From a virus (Duplodnaviria; Heunggongvirae; Uroviricota; Caudoviricetes), in the IMG/VR virus record IMGVR_UViG_3300012983_000032, positions 29,793 through 93,792 of that record: a stretch of 64,000 bases of DNA. One strand, 5' to 3'. Of the stretch, positions 1-10,904 are shown one piece after another; the first letter of the stretch is position 1, and every line of letters starts with the position of its first letter. The notes beneath the pieces were generated by a model. It did no database searches, had not been told where the DNA came from, and saw only the letters and a list, made by a program, of their open reading frames with translations. The position numbers were made by a program, and so were the translations under genes.

Positions 1-129
1 TTCTACACTTGGTAAATTATTTAGGAGTATCTTCATAAAAAATTAGTAAAGATTATTATTAAAGGCTACACCACACTAAAGAAGTGGCATTTTTAAAATA
101 CCCTCAGTTTAATAACTGAGGGTATATTT

Positions 130-1071
130 TTAATTATCTTTAATTGATTTCATTTTTGGTGTTTTAGTAGGATTAAGTAAACGTTTATATTCTTTTAAGA
201 GTTCTTTTTCTTTACTGTTAAGTTTAGTTGGTGTGGAAATCTCAAGTTTTACAAAAAGGTCTCCACTACCACAATTCCCTTTAATACCCAAACCTTTTAC
301 TCTAAGATATTTACCATTATAAGAGTCTTCAGGAACTTTGAGTGTTAATGTTTTACCCTCAATAGTCTTAATATCAATACTATCACCCAACAATACCTGT
401 GTGTAGTCAACAAGTACTACACAGTACAAGTCAAGTCCTTCACGTGAAAAATATTCGTCTGGCTCAACAGAAATAGTAACTTTAAGATTACCTGAACTAC
501 CACCAAATTGACTTTCATCACCCAAACCGTTCAGTGTTATTATTTTCCCGTCTGGTGTATCTGACGGAAATTTAAGACTAACTGTTCGACTCTTTACAGT
601 ACCAATATTATCTTTATAATAATACTTTACATCTTTTGTTCCACCAAATATAGATTCCTTAAAAGATATACTACATGTAATATAAATATCGTCACCAGGG
701 TCTTTGTATCTACTTTTCCAACTAGAATAGGAGTCTGCGTCGTGTTGATATTTTTCCCAACCTCTTAAAATATCCTCAAAGTCAGAGGCAAATCCAAATC
801 CATGACTAAAAGGATTTTGATAACTATATCTATGTTTTGTACGACTACCGAAATCAGAGTCAGTACCATAGTTGTCGTAGTCACTACGTTTTTCTTTATC
901 AGAGAGAACGTTATATGCCTCAGAAATTTCCTGGAACTTTTTTTCTGATTCTTTATCGCCAGGATTTTTATCTGGGTGATATTTTACTGCAAGTTTTCTG
1001 TAAGCCTTTTTAATTTCATCTTCTGTAGCAGTTTTTGAAACGCCTAGTATTTCATAATAATTTTTTGCCAT
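130..1071 (-). CDS. dnaJ: DnaJ-like J-domain co-chaperone. It lacks the CxxCxGxG zinc-finger repeats, so it is type II/III-like.
   Basis: N-terminal J domain YYEILGV...[16 protein letters not shown] with the HPD motif. A Gly/Phe-rich linker ([10 protein letters not shown]) and a C-terminal DnaJ-type domain follow. Promoter box 31 nt upstream. Confidence 0.8.
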   Translation of the reverse strand: MAKNYYEILGVSKTATEDEIKKAYRKLAVKYHPDKNPGDKESEKKFQEISEAYNVLSDKEKRSDYDNYGTDSDFGSRTKHRYSYQNPFSHGFGFASDFEDILRGWEKYQHDADSYSSWKSRYKDPGDDIYITCSISFKESIFGGTKDVKYYYKDNIGTVKSRTVSLKFPSDTPDGKIITLNGLGDESQFGGSSGNLKVTISVEPDEYFSREGLDLYCVVLVDYTQVLLGDSIDIKTIEGKTLTLKVPEDSYNGKYLRVKGLGIKGNCGSGDLFVKLEISTPTKLNSKEKELLKEYKRLLNPTKTPKMKSIKDN

Positions 1072-1101
1072 TTTCTTACCTAGTCATCTATAGTATAATA
1101 G

Positions 1102-1112
1102 TATATTAACAC
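1102..1112 (-). promoter_or_regulatory. GTTAATATA-box promoter (GTGTTAATATA), 31 nt before the dnaJ ATG
   Basis: Recurrent motif immediately after the dnaK terminator T-tract. Confidence 0.5.
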
Positions 1113-1146
1113 AAAAATCAAAAAATCCAGCTTAAAAAGCTGGATT
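1113..1146 (-). terminator. Rho-independent terminator after dnaK
   Basis: Hairpin atccagctttttaagctggat followed on the minus strand by TTTTTTGATTTTT. Confidence 0.7.
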
Positions 1147-1158
1147 TTTCAAAATCTT

Positions 1159-3042
1159 TTAGTCTTTTACTTCATACTCTACGTCGTCGGCAGTTCCTGA
1201 GTCTGAGGTTCCCTTTGGTGTTTCCTTAGGATTTTCAGACTGTTGCTGATACAACTTTTCAGAAACTTTGTATGCAGACTCTTTAAGCTTTTCAACCTTA
1301 GATTTAAGGTCTTCTACATTATCAGAGTTCATAGACTCTTTCAATTCCTTAATGGCATTTTCACAGTTTGTCTTTTCAGACTCTGATACTTTATCACCAA
1401 GGTCTTTAATAGTTTTTTCTGTCTGATAAATTAAACTATCTGCCTCATTTTTTGTGTCCTGCAAGTCTTTTGCCTTTGCGTCCTCAGCTGCATGGGCTTC
1501 TGCTTCTTTAACCATTTTTTCAATTTCTGCCTCAGAAAGACCAGAACCAGAAGTAATTGTAATCTTTTGTTCCTTTCCTGTACCCAAGTCTTTTGCAGAA
1601 ACATTTACAATACCGTTTGCGTCAATATCAAATGTTACTTCAATTCTTGGTACACCACGAGGTGCAGCAGGAATTCCCTCAAGATTAAAGTTTCCAAGAG
1701 TACGGTTATCTTTTGCCATACTTCTTTCACCTTGCAAAACGTGAACAGTTACTGCGGTTTGTCCATCTGCATAAGTAGAGAACTCCTGACTTTTCTTTGT
1801 AGGGATAGTTGTATTCTTGTCAATAATTTTAGTAAATACACCACCCGCAGTCTCAATACCAAGTGAGAGAGGGGTTACATCAAGAAGTACGATATCTTGT
1901 TTAACATCATTATTAAGAATACCACCCTGAATTGCAGCACCAACAGCAACTGCTTCGTCAGGATTTACAGATTTGTTTCCCTCTTTACCAAATACGTCTT
2001 TTACAAGACTCTGAATTGCAGGAACACGAGTTGTACCACCTACCAAAAGAACATCGTCAATATCAGAGATTGACAAACCTGCGTCTTTCAAAGCCTGCAA
2101 CATAGGTCCACGATGACGTTCAATCAAATCGTGAATAATTGCCTCAAATTTTGAACGACTGATTTCCATTTGCAAGTGTTTTGGACCACTTTGGTCGGCA
2201 GTGATAAATGGAAGATTAACAGAAGTAGTAGTTGAACTTGAAAGTGCAATCTTTGCGTTTTCTGCGGCTTCCTTAATTCTCTGCAATGCCATAGAGTCAT
2301 TTCTAAGGTCTACACCGTTAGACTTTTTAAATTCTTCACAAATGTAGTCTACAAGTGCATTATCAAAGTCTGTACCACCAAGTTTTGCGTCCCCAGAAGT
2401 TGCAAGTACTTCAAATACACCGTCAGAAACGTCAAGAATTGAAACGTCGAAAGTTCCACTTCCCGAATCTATTACTGCAAGTTTTTTATTGATATCTTCT
2501 TTATCAAATCCAAATGCAAGTGCAGCCGCAGTAGGTTCTGCAACAAGACGGAGTACGTTAAGCCCCGCAATTTTACCAGCGTTTTTAGTTGCCTGTCTTT
2601 GTGCGTCATTAAAGTATGCAGGAACAGTAATTACCGCGTCTTTAACTTCTGTCCCAAGGTAGTCTTCGGCAGTTTTCTTCATTTTCATAAGAATCTGTGC
2701 AGAAATCTCTTCTGGGGAAAGGTCTTTACCGTCAACCTTAACACGAACATCTTCATTGTTCCCATTTGAAACTTCATATGGCACGATATTTACCCAATCT
2801 TTCATTTCAGAGTATTTATTACCCATAAAACGTTTAATTGCATAAATTGTATTATTTGGATTTGTTACTGCATTATTTTTTGCAGCCTTACCTACTACAA
2901 TATTTCCGTCTTTATATGAAACAAAAGACGGTGTAGTTCTATCACCTGTGTCATTTACAATGACAGTTGGTGTACCATTTTCAATTACAGCTACACAAGA
3001 ATTTCCTGTGCCTAAGTCACAACCGATTATTTTATTTGACAT
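1159..3042 (-). CDS. dnaK: Hsp70 chaperone DnaK
   Basis: [23 protein letters not shown]-like [12 protein letters not shown], and full ATPase plus substrate-binding domain architecture over 627 aa. A rho-independent terminator hairpin follows immediately downstream (1125-1145). Confidence 0.9.
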   Translation of the reverse strand: MSNKIIGCDLGTGNSCVAVIENGTPTVIVNDTGDRTTPSFVSYKDGNIVVGKAAKNNAVTNPNNTIYAIKRFMGNKYSEMKDWVNIVPYEVSNGNNEDVRVKVDGKDLSPEEISAQILMKMKKTAEDYLGTEVKDAVITVPAYFNDAQRQATKNAGKIAGLNVLRLVAEPTAAALAFGFDKEDINKKLAVIDSGSGTFDVSILDVSDGVFEVLATSGDAKLGGTDFDNALVDYICEEFKKSNGVDLRNDSMALQRIKEAAENAKIALSSSTTTSVNLPFITADQSGPKHLQMEISRSKFEAIIHDLIERHRGPMLQALKDAGLSISDIDDVLLVGGTTRVPAIQSLVKDVFGKEGNKSVNPDEAVAVGAAIQGGILNNDVKQDIVLLDVTPLSLGIETAGGVFTKIIDKNTTIPTKKSQEFSTYADGQTAVTVHVLQGERSMAKDNRTLGNFNLEGIPAAPRGVPRIEVTFDIDANGIVNVSAKDLGTGKEQKITITSGSGLSEAEIEKMVKEAEAHAAEDAKAKDLQDTKNEADSLIYQTEKTIKDLGDKVSESEKTNCENAIKELKESMNSDNVEDLKSKVEKLKESAYKVSEKLYQQQSENPKETPKGTSDSGTADDVEYEVKD

Positions 3043-3200
3043 ATATATCTAACTCCTTTTTATTCATTAAAAATATTACCCAAACAGATTTCTCTGTCTG
3101 GGCATTTATATTGTTTATCTTATTTTATTTAAGAAACAATAACCTCCAGACAAGCAGTGTTAATAATGCACTACTTTAACCTCCAAATAACTTTTTACGC

Positions 3201-3854
3201 TTAGTCATTAAATGTAAGCATCTTAGGTTTTGTTTCTTCTTTTGCAGGAACAATGATGGTCAATACACCGTTTTCGAGAGTCTTTGTAAGTTTTGCAACT
3301 TCATACTGTGAACTGTCACAAATTACTCTCTGATACTCAAATGGTGTTTCTAGTGTCTGGTGCTGAACAATCTTTGACCAATCCTTGAGTTCTCTTGTAC
3401 CACCCTCGTCTTCAGGGATTGTATAAGTCTCACCGTCTTCACACTGTGTAAGAACTTCTTTCCAAGGTTTGTTTCTTGTAGCAATGATATTGAAGTAGCC
3501 ATTCTTGTAGTCCATATAAACTTGGTCTTTTGTAAATCCAGGAAGGAATACTTCAATCTTGTAGTCACCTTTAATATCATTTCCTACATTTGTCTTTGGA
3601 TAGTCACTAAGAACATACTCTTTCTTTGCACGAGTAGGGAACAAATTTCCATTATCAACACAGCGTGTATTGTAACAGATTACTGTAGAACCGTCAGGAG
3701 ACTTGTAAGTCTTCGTATTAGGGTCTTTCATGAGTTCCTGCATACGTGTATCTGCTTCTGCAAGCAATGAGTTAAATGAATTAAAAATTGAAAATGGATT
3801 AGAATTGAAGATATTATCCATCTCTTCAATAAGTGAAGGTAAATTGTTACGCAT
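3201..3854 (-). CDS. Small heat-shock protein, Hsp20/alpha-crystallin family
   Basis: Alpha-crystallin hallmarks IEVFLPGFTKDQV and a C-terminal ENGVLTIIVP motif. Confidence 0.6.
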   Translation of the reverse strand: MRNNLPSLIEEMDNIFNSNPFSIFNSFNSLLAEADTRMQELMKDPNTKTYKSPDGSTVICYNTRCVDNGNLFPTRAKKEYVLSDYPKTNVGNDIKGDYKIEVFLPGFTKDQVYMDYKNGYFNIIATRNKPWKEVLTQCEDGETYTIPEDEGGTRELKDWSKIVQHQTLETPFEYQRVICDSSQYEVAKLTKTLENGVLTIIVPAKEETKPKMLTFND

Positions 3855-4048
3855 AATCGATTTCTCCTATCAGCGTTTTATCGTTCTTGGTTTATTTTTA
3901 TGCCCCAGCCAAGTGGGCGAATTTTTTGAACACCAACTATCTTTATTTGACCCAATTAGGTACCGTATTGCAATCAAACTATTTTCATTGCGTATTCGTA
4001 TAATTAGTAGTTTTTGCAAAACTGCAAATTACCACATTTTTCATATAT

Positions 4049-4058
4049 TATATTAACA
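4049..4058 (-). promoter_or_regulatory. GTTAATATA-box promoter about 195 nt upstream of the hsp20 ATG
   Basis: Only motif copy in the 3855-4074 intergenic region; it implies a long 5' UTR. Confidence 0.4.
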
Positions 4059-4074
4059 TATTTTAAAACTTATT

Positions 4075-5574
4075 CTATTTCATTAAATCACGTATCATTT
4101 CTATTATACGTTTATTTACACCTTTATCTCTAAAGTAGTTCTTTACATAAGTTCGTGAAGACAGATGTTTTTTGTAACAAGTTTTCTTTATAAAGTCGTC
4201 TTCAAAAATAGAAGTAATTAACCCCTCAGAAAGTTCTTTTTGTAAGTCATTATCTTTTGCTCTACGTAATTCACCTACAAGTTCAATTATTGTAAGCATA
4301 ATTTCTTCTGAGATATTTTGGTCATATCCGTGAGGTTTTTCTGCCTCTTGTGGCAAGAAATTATACAATAATTTTACATCACTTACTGAATATTTATGAC
4401 GATTAAGAGTATTCATTATTTTAGTCTTATCTACCCTTGCCAATTCATCACCAAAGTCATACAACTGTAATGTAGATAATTCATTTCTATAGAAGTTTCC
4501 ATATGCACTTGATGGTATAACAAAATCAAATCTTGTTTTCAAGGCAAACAAAAATCCTCTATCGTGAAATTCTTGTTTTGATTTCCACATATTTGAAGCA
4601 TAGAGTAATGCCAAAAATTGAGAGTCATTCAAGTCTGTAAAAAATCTTACAGGTGCAGAGTATTTAAGTAATTCTGGGTCAGTGATATACAAAAGACGCC
4701 TATACCCATCAATCAATTCATATTTACCTGTTTTAGTATTGATATTTATAGTGATTGGTTGAGCCTCAAGGTTCTGGAAAAATTCAAGTTCACCTATACT
4801 GTTATTTTGATATATAGCTGCATTAACAGCATTATCAAATGCTTCTTTTGCAGTTGATTTAGGTAAAAGAACAAATACTTCTATTTTATCAAATTCTGCC
4901 AGTCTTACATTATCGGTAGACCCCGTATGAGACTCATATGGGAGTGTTATCCAATCTTTTAAATCTCCACTATGATTTTTGTAAGACTTATAAACTTTTG
5001 AGAAGTCAATATTTATTGGAGTATTAGTTTCTAACTCATAAGGCATCCCTTCAATACCATGAAATGTATGGTTTGTATCTATTTTATACTTTTCACCAAA
5101 TTTTTCTTTAATATATAACCTAATATGGTCTTTTGCAGTATGAGTTAATTTATTTTTTAATTTATCTCCTATTCTGCGTAGGCTTCTGAAAAATGAGTCA
5201 CTTGCGTTTTGAGTTGATATAGAAAAGTTTGATTCATTCTTTCTGCACTCAAGTATATCTGTTAAAGTAACATTTGGATAATCTCTTTTACAAATTTCAA
5301 ATAATGAGTTAAATTCCTCTTCATACATATTCTGGATATTTTTCTTACCCTCAGTTAAAAAGTATCGTTTAAACTCTTCTTCTATATCTTGACAATCTTT
5401 TAACATTTGTTCAGTTAAGGTTATCTCATAACGCAAATTAATTTTTGACTTTTCGTGAAATCCTTTCAAGATATCTAATGAGGTGAGATTATTTTCCTGA
5501 ATAATTCTGTTTCTTAAACTTAAGAGGCTAACGTCTTTAATCTCATAGTTTGCTTTTACCAAATTACTAAACAT
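4075..5574 (-). CDS. Hypothetical protein with a ParB/Srx-like (DGxxR) motif
   Basis: YELIDGYRRLLYI resembles the ParB/sulfiredoxin-fold DG(H/Q)HR motif. The rest of the protein is unrecognised. Confidence 0.3.
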   Translation of the reverse strand: MFSNLVKANYEIKDVSLLSLRNRIIQENNLTSLDILKGFHEKSKINLRYEITLTEQMLKDCQDIEEEFKRYFLTEGKKNIQNMYEEEFNSLFEICKRDYPNVTLTDILECRKNESNFSISTQNASDSFFRSLRRIGDKLKNKLTHTAKDHIRLYIKEKFGEKYKIDTNHTFHGIEGMPYELETNTPINIDFSKVYKSYKNHSGDLKDWITLPYESHTGSTDNVRLAEFDKIEVFVLLPKSTAKEAFDNAVNAAIYQNNSIGELEFFQNLEAQPITININTKTGKYELIDGYRRLLYITDPELLKYSAPVRFFTDLNDSQFLALLYASNMWKSKQEFHDRGFLFALKTRFDFVIPSSAYGNFYRNELSTLQLYDFGDELARVDKTKIMNTLNRHKYSVSDVKLLYNFLPQEAEKPHGYDQNISEEIMLTIIELVGELRRAKDNDLQKELSEGLITSIFEDDFIKKTCYKKHLSSRTYVKNYFRDKGVNKRIIEMIRDLMK

Positions 5575-5603
5575 TTAATACTCCAAAAAAAAATAATCCC
5601 AAA

Positions 5604-6071
5604 CTAAAAAGCTGGTCCTAATTTTTTAAAATATGACCCCTTCTTAGGTTTAATAATCTCTACATTTGAGTTAATCTTTACCTTTTTAGGAAGATATTCA
5701 CACTTCAAAGTTTCTTTATATTTCATATCACAATTAGAACTTTCATAACCTTGCCAAGTTCTCAAATATTTATCCCAATGCCAATTACAAGCTGGACATT
5801 CTAAAGTTGCATATACCGCATTAATACTGTGAATTTCATCACCAAAATATCCACCTTTTGAATAATTTGTAGATATAAATTCCTTTGCAACATAAACTTC
5901 TTTAAAAAGCTTTTTACACTTTGGGCATCGGATTGAGTTATTCAAAATATCTTTTAATTTTGCTGACTTTTTTCTAAGTTCTTTTAGCTCTTTATTTTCA
6001 ATCTCTACAATCCTTTTCTGAGTAACGGCAAGTTCTTCTTTTATTGATTTTTCGTCAATTTCTTTTATCAT
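5604..6071 (-). CDS. Zinc-ribbon protein (CxxC...CxxC)
   Basis: RCPKCKK ... ECPACNW pairs; coiled-coil N-terminus. Confidence 0.3.
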   Translation of the reverse strand: MIKEIDEKSIKEELAVTQKRIVEIENKELKELRKKSAKLKDILNNSIRCPKCKKLFKEVYVAKEFISTNYSKGGYFGDEIHSINAVYATLECPACNWHWDKYLRTWQGYESSNCDMKYKETLKCEYLPKKVKINSNVEIIKPKKGSYFKKLGPAF

Positions 6072-6080
6072 TCTTCTACC

Positions 6081-6362
6081 TTAGATATATTCTTCAATTT
6101 CGGCAAGGTCTTCAATAATGTAATAACCGTCATTAAAAAATGCTACACCCTTTTCCAAAGCCAACTCTGCAACATCATAATAGATTTCTGTATCTTTGAT
6201 TTTTGCACCGGGCCAACGTTGAATAAGATGTTCAATCTTATTTCTTACACCATATTCCTGTAAGAATTTACCCATTTCAAACTGGTTCTCAAACACTTCA
6301 CCGTCTGGGTATTCATTTCTCAATTCTTCATAAGTCATTTCTTCCATATTCTTTTCCTCCAA
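6081..6362 (-). CDS. Hypothetical acidic protein
   Basis: An ORF packed in a minus-strand operon. No recognisable motif. Confidence 0.3.
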   Translation of the reverse strand: MEEKNMEEMTYEELRNEYPDGEVFENQFEMGKFLQEYGVRNKIEHLIQRWPGAKIKDTEIYYDVAELALEKGVAFFNDGYYIIEDLAEIEEYI

Positions 6363-6371
6363 ATAGTATTT

Positions 6372-6716
6372 TTAAATATTTTTTATTGTTTTTGTATTAA
6401 ACTTAAATGTATCCACTACAAAGTCGTCAAATGTAACGTCTAATGACATTACTTTACTCAATGGAAATGTAACTGTACCATTAAGATTTGTGTCAGTAAA
6501 CTTTGCCAAAAAAACCATTTCTTTAGCATATGAACGTATAATTTTTACAGGTTCTGTAAAATAATGATAGGGGTTAAACTGTTTGTACTGTGCCATAAAC
6601 CAGCTTATTACATCCTTTTCATATGGGGATATTAAAAACTTTTGTTTATAATATGCACTTTTTGATTTTATAAGTTTTCTGTAATGTTTTAAATATAATT
6701 TTTTTATTTTATCCAT
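6372..6716 (-). CDS. Hypothetical protein
   Basis: ORF with a GTTAATATA box 4 nt upstream of the ATG. Confidence 0.3.
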   Translation of the reverse strand: MDKIKKLYLKHYRKLIKSKSAYYKQKFLISPYEKDVISWFMAQYKQFNPYHYFTEPVKIIRSYAKEMVFLAKFTDTNLNGTVTFPLSKVMSLDVTFDDFVVDTFKFNTKTIKNI

Positions 6717-6721
6717 AAAAC

Positions 6722-6730
6722 TATATTAAC
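6722..6730 (-). promoter_or_regulatory. GTTAATATA box 5 nt before ATG 6716 (leaderless configuration)
   Basis: Motif-to-ATG spacing with no SD. Confidence 0.4.
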
Positions 6731-6771
6731 TTAAACCTCCAATTTTTCAAAATTATTTTTAAAAATAATTT

Positions 6772-7944
6772 TTAGGCAATAGTGCTGGATACATACTGTA
6801 TCATCCAATCTTTATCAAAATAAGACCTTGCCTTATTATCAACAATTATGAGTAATGGCATACCATTAGGGCCTTCCATTTCTTGCAGTCTACTAATAAA
6901 TACGTCATATTCCTTATCTGTTAAGCCAATCCTTTCTTTAGCTTGTTTAAGATTAGATAATATAGTAAATGACTTATCTTCACTTTTAGTAGAGTTTTTG
7001 AATATTTCTTCAATAAAATAAACCAACTTAGAAATAACAGGTTTAGAAGTTATACCAAAATGATATTTTGCAGTACCATTTATTTCAGTAGTAGACATTT
7101 CCTTATCTTTTAACTCTAATGGTCTATTCGTCGTTTCAATAGTAACTTTATTATCTTGGTTATTTGAGTCTTTTCTTTTTATAACTGTTGGATTATTAGT
7201 TTCTGCATAAATTCTTTCCAATGTAGCAGAAAGTTCATTAACCTTGGTATTTAAGTCCTCATTTGTTTTAACAAGAGAATTAAACTGTTCCGACTTTCTC
7301 TCTACTTCAATATGTTCTGTCTTTAATTGACTATTTTCAGTTGTCAAAGTATTAATATTGTTAGTAAGCCGAGAAATATCGTCCCTTAACTGAGAAATTA
7401 CCTTTTCTTTAGCCTCCAACTCAGAAGTTAAATGTTTTTGTTCGTCCCATGTATTTTTAAGGGCAGTTTGTTTCTCAGTTTCTATCTTTGCAATATCCTC
7501 ATTATATTTTCTTAAAGTTATATACTGAGAAAGGTCTACTTTTTCTTCATTATTTTTATCATAAAGATGCTTTTCAAGTTCTTCTACCTGTGAAACCAAG
7601 TTAGAATTTTCTTTATCTTTATCTGAGACTGATGCAGAAAGTTCTTCTATTCTAGAAACCAAGAGTTTAACTGTCCCCAAAGTCTTTTCTCTAAAAGAAT
7701 TTATTTTTTCTTCATTATCCTTTAAGATAGAGTCCTTTTCTGACTTCAAAGTTTCATATTCTTGAGTCAATTCATTAAACTTTTCTGTTAAATTATCAAA
7801 CTCAATTGACTTTTTATTAAAACTTTGAAGAATAGTTTCTTTTGCCTCTTCAAGAGAAGAAACTCTTTCCTTATTCTGTATTTTCTGAGACTCAATTATC
7901 TTTTGAATTTCGTAAATAAGTGCTATTACTTCTTCCATACTCAT
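6772..7944 (-). CDS. Coiled-coil protein
   Basis: Long heptad-like, Glu/Lys-rich sequence. Confidence 0.35.
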   Translation of the reverse strand: MSMEEVIALIYEIQKIIESQKIQNKERVSSLEEAKETILQSFNKKSIEFDNLTEKFNELTQEYETLKSEKDSILKDNEEKINSFREKTLGTVKLLVSRIEELSASVSDKDKENSNLVSQVEELEKHLYDKNNEEKVDLSQYITLRKYNEDIAKIETEKQTALKNTWDEQKHLTSELEAKEKVISQLRDDISRLTNNINTLTTENSQLKTEHIEVERKSEQFNSLVKTNEDLNTKVNELSATLERIYAETNNPTVIKRKDSNNQDNKVTIETTNRPLELKDKEMSTTEINGTAKYHFGITSKPVISKLVYFIEEIFKNSTKSEDKSFTILSNLKQAKERIGLTDKEYDVFISRLQEMEGPNGMPLLIIVDNKARSYFDKDWMIQYVSSTIA

Positions 7945-7948
7945 ACCT

Positions 7949-9775
7949 CTAGTCAGTTGTCAAAGAGTTCTTTAATGAAGAAAGTGCCTCAATTAAAGCT
8001 GCAGACATATCTGGTTTTTCTTCTTTCTTTTCTTCTTTAGATTCTTCTACCTTTTCAGGTTCTGAAACTTTAACTTCTTCCTTTTTTGCCTCAAAACCAG
8101 GAATTTCATATTCTTCATTTTCGTCAACTTGTGCATTTTCTACATTAGTTGGTTGAGGAGTAGAAAGAGTCATATTTTCTTCCAAAAGACGAATTTTATT
8201 CTTTAGCTTTTCAACTTCTTTAGAATCTTTTGTTAAAACAGTAGGTTTATTTTTCTTGGAATACTTTTCATAAAGAGATTCCTTTGTAATTTCAGTAAGT
8301 TCTACTGCCTTTTTAGATTTTCTATCAAATGCTTCTCTATCAAGAACACCAAACTTTAATTGGTCGATATATACGTCCATCATAAAGTCGTCAACATTAA
8401 AGTCTGGGTCAAAATATGCACTGAATTGTGAAAGCATCTTTCTCGAAATATTTGTTTTTGGTGAAAATAAATTGATTGCAAGTTCACAAAGTAATGAAAG
8501 GAATAACAACATTCCCATCATCATAATTTCTGTTGCACCAAAAGAACCCTGTGCCTTTACATTAAGTGCAGCCTGTAGGTCTTTATCCCCAAGTTTTTTA
8601 GAGGCAAAAATTGAACCAAACTGCATAAAAATCTTAGAAGATGAACCAATATCACCACTATCATTTTCAACATCAACTCTAAGTGCCTTTAACAATTGTG
8701 TAGCTGATTTTGCCAATACATTTGCAGGTTTATCAGTAGAAGTATCAAAAATCATAGGTTCATTAGTTTTAGGATTTACTAATGCTAAAGCATTTAATGT
8801 TTCTAACCAAGAGTAAATTTCAACATTTGTGTTTTCTTTTAACTCTCCAAGTTTTTCAACTGCAATGTCATTACTACTAGACTGCAAATATTCAAGACGT
8901 TTTTGTTTAATATCAGACGCAAGGTTCATAGTATTAAAAGCAACAAGTTCATCAAAACTTCTTGCACGATATCCTGCACCTTTAAGGATATTATTAATTT
9001 TTTGTCTTCTTGCTTCGTAAGGTTTAAGTGCCTCATTTTTCTTTTGAAGTGCAGTCTTTCCACCTTCCTCAATATTTTCGTCGTCAACATATTCAGCCAA
9101 TACAATTGGACCAACAGTTGCGATAAAATCTTCTATTTCTGCGACTGCGTTTTCTGCATAGTCACGAGCATCTTTTTCAGAAGTATCAGTTGCTTTTAAA
9201 ATAAGACTTTCACGAGTTACAGCATCTGCACCAGCATTAATATTTGTATATTGTTCACCTTGAATAATATACTCATCAATTTGGTTAATAAGATTTGCAT
9301 TTCGTGTAATACCAGCACCAATAGAGATAGAAGACAATGACATAGAAGTAATTACTGAAAGGATAATAAATGTTATGTATACAGACTTCCACCAAATTGC
9401 CGCACGTTTTACGTTTTTAACCCAAGTGAACTTGGATAGTTTTCGGATAAGTTCGTTTAAGGTATTAACTTGAATTGCCAATAAAAACTTTGCAATATCA
9501 AGCCCAATAGAAAGAGACCCCAATAATACTGCGGCTGGAACTGAGATAAGTGTGCCAATGTCATAGTTAGATTTACTCAGATTACTAATAAACACAAGAT
9601 TAATAAACGCAGAAACTAATGAACAAAAAATAAAAACTACTAGTTTACCATTTATTAAAACTTGAGCAGAAGTAACGGGTCTAGACATTACCTTGTCTTT
9701 TTCATTGTATTTCCAGAACCACTTAAACTTTGGTAGTCTTGGTAATACTGTGCTTTTAATTTCATTATTTTTCAT
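7949..9775 (-). CDS. Large membrane protein with coiled-coil regions
   Basis: About four to five hydrophobic helices (LVVFIFCSLVSAFINLVFI, LISVPAAVLLGSLSIGL, ITFIILSVITSMSLSSISIGAG, IMMMGMLLFLSLLCELAINLF) and an acidic, Lys-rich C-terminus. Confidence 0.4.
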   Translation of the reverse strand: MKNNEIKSTVLPRLPKFKWFWKYNEKDKVMSRPVTSAQVLINGKLVVFIFCSLVSAFINLVFISNLSKSNYDIGTLISVPAAVLLGSLSIGLDIAKFLLAIQVNTLNELIRKLSKFTWVKNVKRAAIWWKSVYITFIILSVITSMSLSSISIGAGITRNANLINQIDEYIIQGEQYTNINAGADAVTRESLILKATDTSEKDARDYAENAVAEIEDFIATVGPIVLAEYVDDENIEEGGKTALQKKNEALKPYEARRQKINNILKGAGYRARSFDELVAFNTMNLASDIKQKRLEYLQSSSNDIAVEKLGELKENTNVEIYSWLETLNALALVNPKTNEPMIFDTSTDKPANVLAKSATQLLKALRVDVENDSGDIGSSSKIFMQFGSIFASKKLGDKDLQAALNVKAQGSFGATEIMMMGMLLFLSLLCELAINLFSPKTNISRKMLSQFSAYFDPDFNVDDFMMDVYIDQLKFGVLDREAFDRKSKKAVELTEITKESLYEKYSKKNKPTVLTKDSKEVEKLKNKIRLLEENMTLSTPQPTNVENAQVDENEEYEIPGFEAKKEEVKVSEPEKVEESKEEKKEEKPDMSAALIEALSSLKNSLTTD

Positions 9776-9803
9776 TTTCTTTAATCCTTTTATTGTACTT
9801 AAT

Positions 9804-9813
9804 TATATTAACA
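9804..9813 (-). promoter_or_regulatory. TTGTTAATATA promoter, 28 nt before ATG 9775
   Basis: motif. Confidence 0.5.
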
Positions 9814-9922
9814 AATTAGTTTGGAATTTCAATAAAATTTGAAAATATTTTAAAAATAAGACTCTGTAAATATGTAGTGTTGTTTTTTATGGTTTAAATG
9901 AAATTTGCCATACTAATTGAAT

Positions 9923-10558
9923 ATGGCAGATTCCCCATATACAAAATTATTTGAACAGATTTACAAAAGGGCTGAAGAACGTTTCTTTGAAGAAGTTTAT
10001 AATTCAAGTAAGTCTAAAGAATATGAATCTCTATTTGAGAGTATTTATCAAAAACATTTGATAGAGTGTACAGCTTATACATTATATGATTTGATAAGAG
10101 CATTTAAAGATGAACTTTCTGACCCTCAAAAGAAGAATCAAACAGTAAATATAATTGTTAATAAGATTTTATCTGACGGTGATGAGATATTTGAAATTAA
10201 TAAAAAAGAATTAGGTAAACCTAAACCCTGTATTTTCTTAGACGAATTAGACCAAATATATTGGAAAGATAAGGAGTCAATTTTTAAGTCAGATTTTTTA
10301 AAGGATATTTTATATAATATATTCCTAGAATTAAAGAAACACGGGGTAGGAATTGGAGAGCCAACCTTAAAAAATGCAGTAGTAGGGAATGTTAAGAAAA
10401 ATTTCTGGGATGCAAATAATGGGAATTATGAAAAGGCTTTGAAACATTTTATCTCTGACTTTATCGAAAATAATAGTCGTGCAGACTTTTCTAACATTGA
10501 GAATAATGTTAGGACTGAATATGCAGAAAAGTTTAAGAAAAAGTTAAAACATGGTTAA
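9923..10558 (+). CDS. Hypothetical protein; paralog of 43152..43667
   Basis: Shared N-terminus: M(A/V)DS(P/T)YTK(L/I)FEQIYK. The track start at 9917 is TTG; the ATG at 9923 is more likely. Confidence 0.4.
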   Translation: MADSPYTKLFEQIYKRAEERFFEEVYNSSKSKEYESLFESIYQKHLIECTAYTLYDLIRAFKDELSDPQKKNQTVNIIVNKILSDGDEIFEINKKELGKPKPCIFLDELDQIYWKDKESIFKSDFLKDILYNIFLELKKHGVGIGEPTLKNAVVGNVKKNFWDANNGNYEKALKHFISDFIENNSRADFSNIENNVRTEYAEKFKKKLKHG

Positions 10559-10899
10559 TTTATAAAGTCTTCTGTTGATTTTACAAATTCGTCTGAAAAT
10601 CCATATAATTTAACATATTCCTTTACTAAATTTTTCACAGTAAGAGGGATTTTATTAAGAATAATATGTTTTTCAGCACGACCATTTTTCAAAACTAACT
10701 CTAGCCCTTTAAGAAAGGAAACTCTACCTGTATGTTTTATATTAGAAGTTTCTATTGGGAAGCAATATACATTTCTTGCACAACCTTTTCTTTTCCAATC
10801 TTCTTCAATGGAAGAATAATATTTTGCATTAAGAATCATTAATTCTTTTCTAATTTTCATTGCTTTAAAATAATTTATTATTCTCTTAATAAAATTCAT
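10555..10899 (-). CDS. Hypothetical protein; distant paralog of 43651..44130
   Basis: Shared SNIK ... RV..(L/F)..KGLE order. Both copies have a near-identical 48-nt promoter and 5' UTR. Confidence 0.4.
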   Translation of the reverse strand: MNFIKRIINYFKAMKIRKELMILNAKYYSSIEEDWKRKGCARNVYCFPIETSNIKHTGRVSFLKGLELVLKNGRAEKHIILNKIPLTVKNLVKEYVKLYGFSDEFVKSTEDFIN

Positions 10900-10904
10900 A
10901 ATTT

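Noticed and set aside
1454-1866. Plus-strand ORFs of 96 and 124 aa inside dnaK
   Set aside because: They lie antisense within a well-supported conserved gene, have low-complexity sequence and lack promoter or RBS. They are typical shadow ORFs.
3350-4056. Antisense or overlapping ORFs within and after hsp20 (3350-3580 -, 3522-3770 +, 3730-4056 +)
   Set aside because: They overlap the Hsp20 CDS or lie in its proposed 5' leader. They have no start context or motif, and their composition is consistent with chance ORFs in AT-rich DNA.
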